This document shows positions 8,444-13,817 of a stretch of DNA of 13,817 bases, piece by piece. Every line of letters begins with the position of its first letter. Position 1 is the first letter of the stretch. This DNA comes from Octopus sinensis (Eukaryota): the NCBI RefSeq assembly GCF_006345805.1, contig NW_021825975.1, positions 1-13,817 on the forward strand, given 5' to 3'. A model generated the notes under the pieces. That model ran no database searches and had not been told where the DNA came from. It saw only the letters and a list, made by a program, of their open reading frames with translations. Both the position numbers and the translations under genes were made by a program.

Positions 8444-8534
8444 GAGGAATCAACAAGAATGGAAGGTTTTTAGTACGATCGTTTCATACAAGGAAAACGA
8501 TCGTACTAAAACCTATCCATTCTTTTGCTTCTTT
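8444..8534 (+). other. Long inverted repeat / hairpin
   Basis: Perfect 17-bp arms TTTTAGTACGATCGTTT (8468-8484) and AAACGATCGTACTAAAA (8495-8511) around a 10-nt loop. The arms extend to 8455/8524 with two single-base indels, and to 8444/8534 with one bulge, one mismatch and two G-U pairs. Confidence 0.9.
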
Positions 8535-8639
8535 ATCCGCTTATAATCACCCCACATTACTGTATTGTTAATCATATAGTTTTTTTGGTGCATAAGTTAG
8601 GTACCATATCAAGATAAATTATGAATCTTTATGCTCTTT

Positions 8640-9010
8640 GATATATATATATATATATATAGATATATATTCATATATAGTATATATAGATGCATGTATG
8701 TATACTACACATATCTATATCTATATATATATATATATATCTATGAACAGATACATATAGATACACACATACACACTGCATATATATTTTTGATATATGA
8801 TATACATAAATTTATATAAAGATACACATATGCACACGCACTAACACGTACGCATATACATATATAGATATATACACACGCACATGTATACATACACAGG
8901 TGCACACACGCATATTTATGAAATTCAATATACATATATAGACGCACCCATAAATATATTTATATACACATATTTATATGTATATATGTATATATATATA
9001 TGTGTGTATA
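8640..9010. repeat. TA/CA-rich degenerate microsatellite field
   Basis: Directly visible. Confidence 0.9.
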
Positions 9011-9327
9011 TGAACGAAGTCAAAAATGATAAATGGCAGCGCTAGTCTGTTGTAGGGTTGAACTTTAAAAAGTAGGGATGCGAAAATAAATATTGTGCGA
9101 TATTTCCTTTGATGTTGAGACATTTTGAGTGACCTAACAACCCTAATTAATATGGATGACATTGATAGCAGATGGCTTGGCACGAAGCCAAGTTTGACAG
9201 GAAATTTTACAGAATATTTTTTGCATTCATTTGGATAAAAGCCACATTTAATAACGACGGGATTTAAAGTCGAAATAAGAGAAGAAAATGTGAAGTAATT
9301 TATTTTGGATCTGTAGAATTTTAGAAG

Positions 9328-9575
9328 GTGAAGGCGCGTCTTAGTGGTTAGTGTTGGAATCGATGTCTTATGATCGGAGTTTCGAATGCCAAACCGAATT
9401 GTATTTTTCGTCTTTGAGTAAAACATTTAATTTCATGTTACCCCAGTCCACCCTGCTGGGTGTTGACACAGGCAGCAGTTGAGGGCGAACTCTATAAGAG
9501 ACGGGCCTTCCGTTTCAGGGTGTCATACTGTTATCTCGGTCGCTTGTATGAAATGGAAACTGATAGAAGCTCCAT
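9328..9575 (+). mobile_element. tRNA-derived SINE, family B head with tail type 1
   Basis: A-box-like CTTAGTGGTTAG (9340-9351), B-box-like GTTTCGAATGCC (9379-9390), and linker TTGAGTAAAACATTTAATTTCATGTT..CAGTCCAC shared with the 11655 copy. Ends GGAAACTGATAGAAGC. Confidence 0.7.
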
Positions 9576-9650
9576 TCATACTAATGTGTCCTCTATAAAG
9601 ACTAATCCACAGATTCGTTCCAAGCATAACCATTTCTATTTTATCGATGC

Positions 9651-9878
9651 ATAATTCTTTCTACTTTCGACTTTCTTCGAAAGACACACGGCCTCTTATT
9701 TCGTATGAGGTCTGTGTGTGGGGGACAGTCGATTATATAAAACCCAATGCTCAACTGGTATTTATTTCATCCATCTTGAAAAGGATGAAAAGCAAAGTTG
9801 ACCTCGGTGGAATTTGAAACTAGAGCGTAAAGACGCTAAGCACTTTGCTTACCTTGCTAACGATTCTGCTAACCTCTT
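9651..9878 (-). mobile_element. SINE family A, copy 4 (near full length)
   Basis: On the - strand: head GAGGTTAGCAGAATCGTTAG, degenerate B-box, core GAGGTCAACTTTGCTTTTCATCCTTTT...AAATACCAGTTGAGC, and tail AGTAGAAAGAATTAT, matching copy 1. Confidence 0.8.
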
Positions 9879-10550
9879 GTATCTTTTACCTGAGCATAAT
9901 ATACCTCGGACTCCTTTATCCACAGTGCATTCCTAATTATCAGATGACGTTTTGAGTTAAATTTCTTGTACAAATGAGCGACCGGATATTAACGACTGGA
10001 AATGAACCTCGATAGTGGCAACTGTTGAATCGTAACGATGCAGAAACGCATGCGTTCTACAGTTCAGATGCGTCATTCATGATCTTGTAGTATTTCTACA
10101 TACATATTGATAAAGAGGATGTCTTCTTTTGAGACTTGTGCAGCGTATTGTCTTTACATGTCCGAATATACGGAAACGAGTTAAGATTGTAGATAACCAC
10201 ATTTCATTCACTGCTGCATAATTGCGCATCTTATTATATTATTTCAGCTTAAGCAAACGTTCCGTACATCCGAAAAATGTGCAATTTGCTATTCTAATAT
10301 GAGAGCAAACAAGTCTTAGTGGCTACGATCGACGGGTCTGCTTACGGAGTTGATGAAGCGTAATCAAGCAGAAATGCAGCACGTTATTTGGTTCGGTGAC
10401 ATCATTCATTACCCAGCGGCGTATTTACACCTATATTGTTTGCAAGAACTTCTCTCGAAACGATGTGTTCATAGTATTGTCTCTTTAGGTCCAAATGCGC
10501 ACAAAAATGCTAAACACGACTTGATATCAAATCATATTTAATGTTCATCG

Positions 10551-11110
10551 AATATATATATATATGTAAATTATATTTGTAGCAAATAAGAAAATGGAGG
10601 AGAACAATAGGAGAGTCATCAACGTTTAGACATTAAATTATGTTAACTTAATATTCATCTAATACACACACACACACAAACACACACACATATAATATAT
10701 ATATATATATATATTATATATGGATATTTGTATTAATATGCATATTTGTATGTATATATATGTACATGTATACATACATATATATGTACACATATACATA
10801 TAGTTGTACATATATCTATCTATATATATATAACGGGAAGCTTTAATAAACAACAAACGAAGGCAGGTGGAGTACACATAAACAAATGTATTAGTATAGC
10901 GCTCAGGAATAGAAAAAGTATTTTACGTTTCGAGCCTACGCTCTTCCACAGAAAGATACATAGAAAAAAACAAGGAGAGAAAAAATGCGTGTAGGAGCTA
11001 ACGATCTATCATATATATATATATATATATATCATTATATATTATATGTGTGTGTGTGTGTGTGTGGGCGTGTACGTATACATATGCATAGATAGATACA
11101 TATGCCCATA
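10551..11110. repeat. (TA)n, (CA)n and (TG)n microsatellite clusters with short unique spacers
   Basis: Visible runs at ~10551-10570, 10663-10830 and 11010-11070. Confidence 0.85.
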
Positions 11111-11234
11111 CACGTGCATATACAAACAATGCTATCATTCATTTCCTTTGCTTTAGGTCATTTCATTTACACCTGGGAAGTAACAAGTCGGATTGTTTGG
11201 CACAAGCACAGAACCGAAACGCCCAAACCGACGC

Positions 11235-11549
11235 ATATACATACACACACACACACACATACATACATACATACATACACACACACACATACATATTCTG
11301 AGATGTCTGTACATATGTATACGCAAACACAGTAAGACGTACACATACATACATGCATACATACATACATGCATACATACATACATACATACATACATAC
11401 ATACATACATGCATACATACATACATACATACACACATACATACATACATACACACATACATACATGCATGCATACATACATACATACATGCATGAATGC
11501 ATACATACACACACACATACATACATACATACACACACACATACATACA

Positions 11550-11583
<34 letters not shown>

Positions 11584-11590
11584 CATACAT
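11235..11590. repeat. (CATA)n tetranucleotide array with CA and CATG variants
   Basis: Directly visible; generates the 100-182 aa HT/YI/MYV pseudo-ORFs. Confidence 0.95.
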
Positions 11591-11654
11591 AACCTTATGC
11601 AGTCGTATTTGCACACCTGCAAACAAACAGGTTGTACACGTTTGTATTCTTACA

Positions 11655-11980
11655 GGAGGGCGCGTGGCTAAGTGGTTAAAGTATTTGGCGCACTGTCGTT
11701 ATGCCGTGAGTTCGATTTCTGGACGTGTGTTGCATCCTTGATCAAGATACTTTATTTCATGTTGCAACAATCCAATCAGTTGGCACAAATGAGTCGTACC
11801 TGTAATTCTAATGAGCCAACTTTGTCACATTCCGTGTCACGCTGAAGCTTCCCAAGAACTTCGTTAATTGTACGCTTGTCTGTGGAGTACTCATCCACTT
11901 GCAGTTTAATTTCACGAGCAGGCTGTTTCGAGGATCGGATGAACTGGAATACTCATCGTCGTAGCCGACGGAGAACCAGT
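11655..11980 (+). mobile_element. Near full-length (~325 bp) tRNA-derived SINE, family B head with tail type 2
   Basis: A-box TGGCTAAGTGG (11665-11675), B-box GAGTTCGATTTC (11708-11719), linker CCTTGATCAAGATACTTTATTTCATGTTGC, and 3' part ...TTAATTTCACGAGCAGGCTGTT...CGTCGTAGCCGACGGAG. Possible decayed target-site duplication TTCTTACA / TTCTTTACA. Confidence 0.8.
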
Positions 11981-12245
11981 TCTTTACACATAGACGCATA
12001 ACAAATAAATCTGATTGGAGTTTCCTCGATGAATATTCCATTTAATCATTTAATTATAGGGAAACTTATAGCAAAATTGGCTGGGTATACCTGTACACAA
12101 AGAAATCATAAAAAATGTCACACAAAGCCTGATGGACCTAGTGTTTTTGAATTTTAGGGATTCCAAACAGTTTTTGAGAAAATAATCTACTTATACCCTT
12201 GTGTTGGTTGGAAACTAAGGGGAAACACCCACGGCACCATTGAAA

Positions 12246-12299
12246 GAATTTGAACCCAAAGTCTTATGGTTGCAAAGTGACCTTTTTAATCAAAGACCA
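12246..12299 (-). mobile_element. Decayed tRNA-like SINE head
   Basis: The - strand reads TGGTCTTTGATTAAAAAGG...TTGCAACCAT...GGGTTCAAATTC: a degenerate A-box and a good B-box at tRNA-like spacing. Confidence 0.4.
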
Positions 12300-12740
12300 C
12301 CCATATGCATGCATATACTCTCAGAGGCATACATATTTATATACACTCCCATGCGTATACGCATGCATACACATATCTATATATATACTAAATAGAAAGA
12401 AAACAGACATATATACACACATGATTCTCTCAGGGTTCCATACAGAGACATATTCACTCCATTTCACTCCATTTCGTCGGTCACGTAAACCTTTCTTACC
12501 TCACATTATTCGGCGCAATCAAAACACTCCCATGTTGTCCTTAAGGATCGCCTATTTCACGCACCCTCTTTAATTAATTCCCTAAATATCCCACTTTTCC
12601 TTCTCTCATTCGCTCTCTATTTAACCCATTTTTTCCCACTTCTTTCTTCATTCCTTCTCTCATTTATCCCTTTTCCCTATCGTCATTTCCCTCTCGCTTT
12701 ATGCTACACAGTATTTTTATTTGTAACGGTTTATTTAATT

Positions 12741-12744
<4 letters not shown>

Positions 12745-12796
<52 letters not shown>

Positions 12797-12800
12797 CACA
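12745..12800. repeat. (CA)n microsatellite
   Basis: Directly visible. Confidence 0.95.
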
Positions 12801-13019
12801 CTGCAATACAGAAGCGCTGACACACTCAGAACTACACGTGCCGTTCTCCTCCTGTTACACTCACAGATGAACACAAACAGCCACCAAGACACACAGTCAG
12901 ACGCTTTTTCTCTTTTTCACACATTCTCACACACTCACAGACGCGCGTAAACACCGTTTCTCCTTCACACAAAAATGTCTCTCACACACGTACACGCTGT
13001 CACACAGACACACACCGTC

Positions 13020-13366
13020 TTTATTTTACACACACACACAAACACGCAAACATGCACACACACGGACTCGTGCAGTCACAAACACGTACTGAGTCACACG
13101 CATACACATTTTTACTGACAGGCATATCGATACACACACACACACACACACACTCTCTCTCTCTCCCTCTGTCTCTTACACACACATACATGTTCAGAGG
13201 CCTTCTCTTCTTCCTCCCTTCCTCCCCTCTCTCTCTCACATTCACACACTCAAACCCTCTCCCTCTCGTGCGCTCTCTGTCTCTCTGTCTCTTTGCTTTT
13301 CTCTCTTTCTTTCAGACTCACATACACACACAGAGATCCCAATACAAATGCAGGCTTTCTCTTTCA

Positions 13367-13398
<32 letters not shown>

Positions 13399-13639
13399 CT
13401 CTCAAACACATATTCGCTCCTAGCGTTTCTCTTACTCTCTCATACACACACGCAAACCTTCGGCCCTACTCTCCATCTCTACAAACCTCACTCTCTCAAA
13501 ATCACATATTGAGCCTTTATCACTTTCTTTCTGTCTTTCTGCTTCTCTCTACCTCTCTGCCTCTCTCTCTCTCTAGGCTAACTCCTTTTGTCTCTCTTTC
13601 TCTGGGCTGGCTCTCTCTGCCTTTTTCTTTCTAGGCTGG

Positions 13640-13673
<34 letters not shown>

Positions 13674-13817
13674 TTCTCTTTCTCCCTTTCCACTAAAATG
13701 TCTCTCTCGCTATGTTGGCTCTCTCTGCCTCTCTCTTTCTAGACTGGCTTTCTATGCCTCTCTCTCTCCCTCCTCTCTCTCTGTAGACTGGCTCTTTCTG
13801 TCTATCTGTCTCTGTCC
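13020..13817. repeat. CA/CT-rich polypyrimidine field with a degenerate ~29-30 bp minisatellite from ~13570
   Basis: (CT)n runs and a recurring unit TCTAG(G/A)CTGGCT(C/T)TCT(C/A)TGCCTCTCTCTT at about 13572, 13601, 13630, 13709, 13738 and 13780. Confidence 0.85.

Noticed and set aside
9175-9193. Small hairpin CTTGGC-ACGAA-GCCAAG resembling a Helitron 3' palindrome
   Set aside because: It is not followed by a CTRR terminus and is not linked to the Helitron remnant.
8974-9426. 150-aa - strand ORF
   Set aside because: It starts in an antisense SINE head and ends in a microsatellite; the ~105-codon middle has no recognisable motif, so it cannot be supported as a gene.
10249-10320. Acceptor-like TTTCAG followed by LKQTFRTSEKCAICYSNMRANKS*, a CxxC reminiscent of a RING start
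   Set aside because: Only one CxxC before a stop, with no donor site or remaining ligands.
11655-11730. Possible tRNA gene
   Set aside because: It has A- and B-boxes but no complete cloverleaf and continues into a SINE body; the same applies to the other heads.
11102-11741. Overlapping 100-182 aa ORFs (HT/YI, MYVC repeats)
   Set aside because: They are translations of the (CATA)n array, which lacks stops in several frames.
1-13817. CRISPR arrays, operons or prokaryotic defence systems
   Set aside because: The sequence is eukaryotic repeat-rich DNA; no constant repeats with unique spacers and no dense coding regions are present.

Overview
AT-rich, microsatellite-dense animal genomic DNA (intronic or intergenic). 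I found no confidently identifiable host exon and no intact gene. The SINE families match repeats I recall from Octopus genomes, so a coleoid cephalopod origin is likely; this is recall, not a search. The window is mostly dead mobile elements: four + strand 3' fragments of R4/Dong-like non-LTR retrotransposons (CCHC knuckle and restriction-like endonuclease), a - strand Helitron remnant (STPR-like 23-aa repeats, AFRYDP, KLP...NIRQYNSAFQ) with two stacked Helitron-type 5' ends upstream, at least six tRNA-derived SINE copies, and many simple repeats. Most ORFs in the supplied track are microsatellite or antisense artefacts. I cannot support a new biological system with confidence. The best leads are a ~90-nt pri-miRNA-sized hairpin (8444-8534), the composite-ended STPR Helitron, a same-strand pile-up of R4/Dong-like elements near (TAA)n tracts, and a phase-preserving compound triplet repeat (7275-7627).
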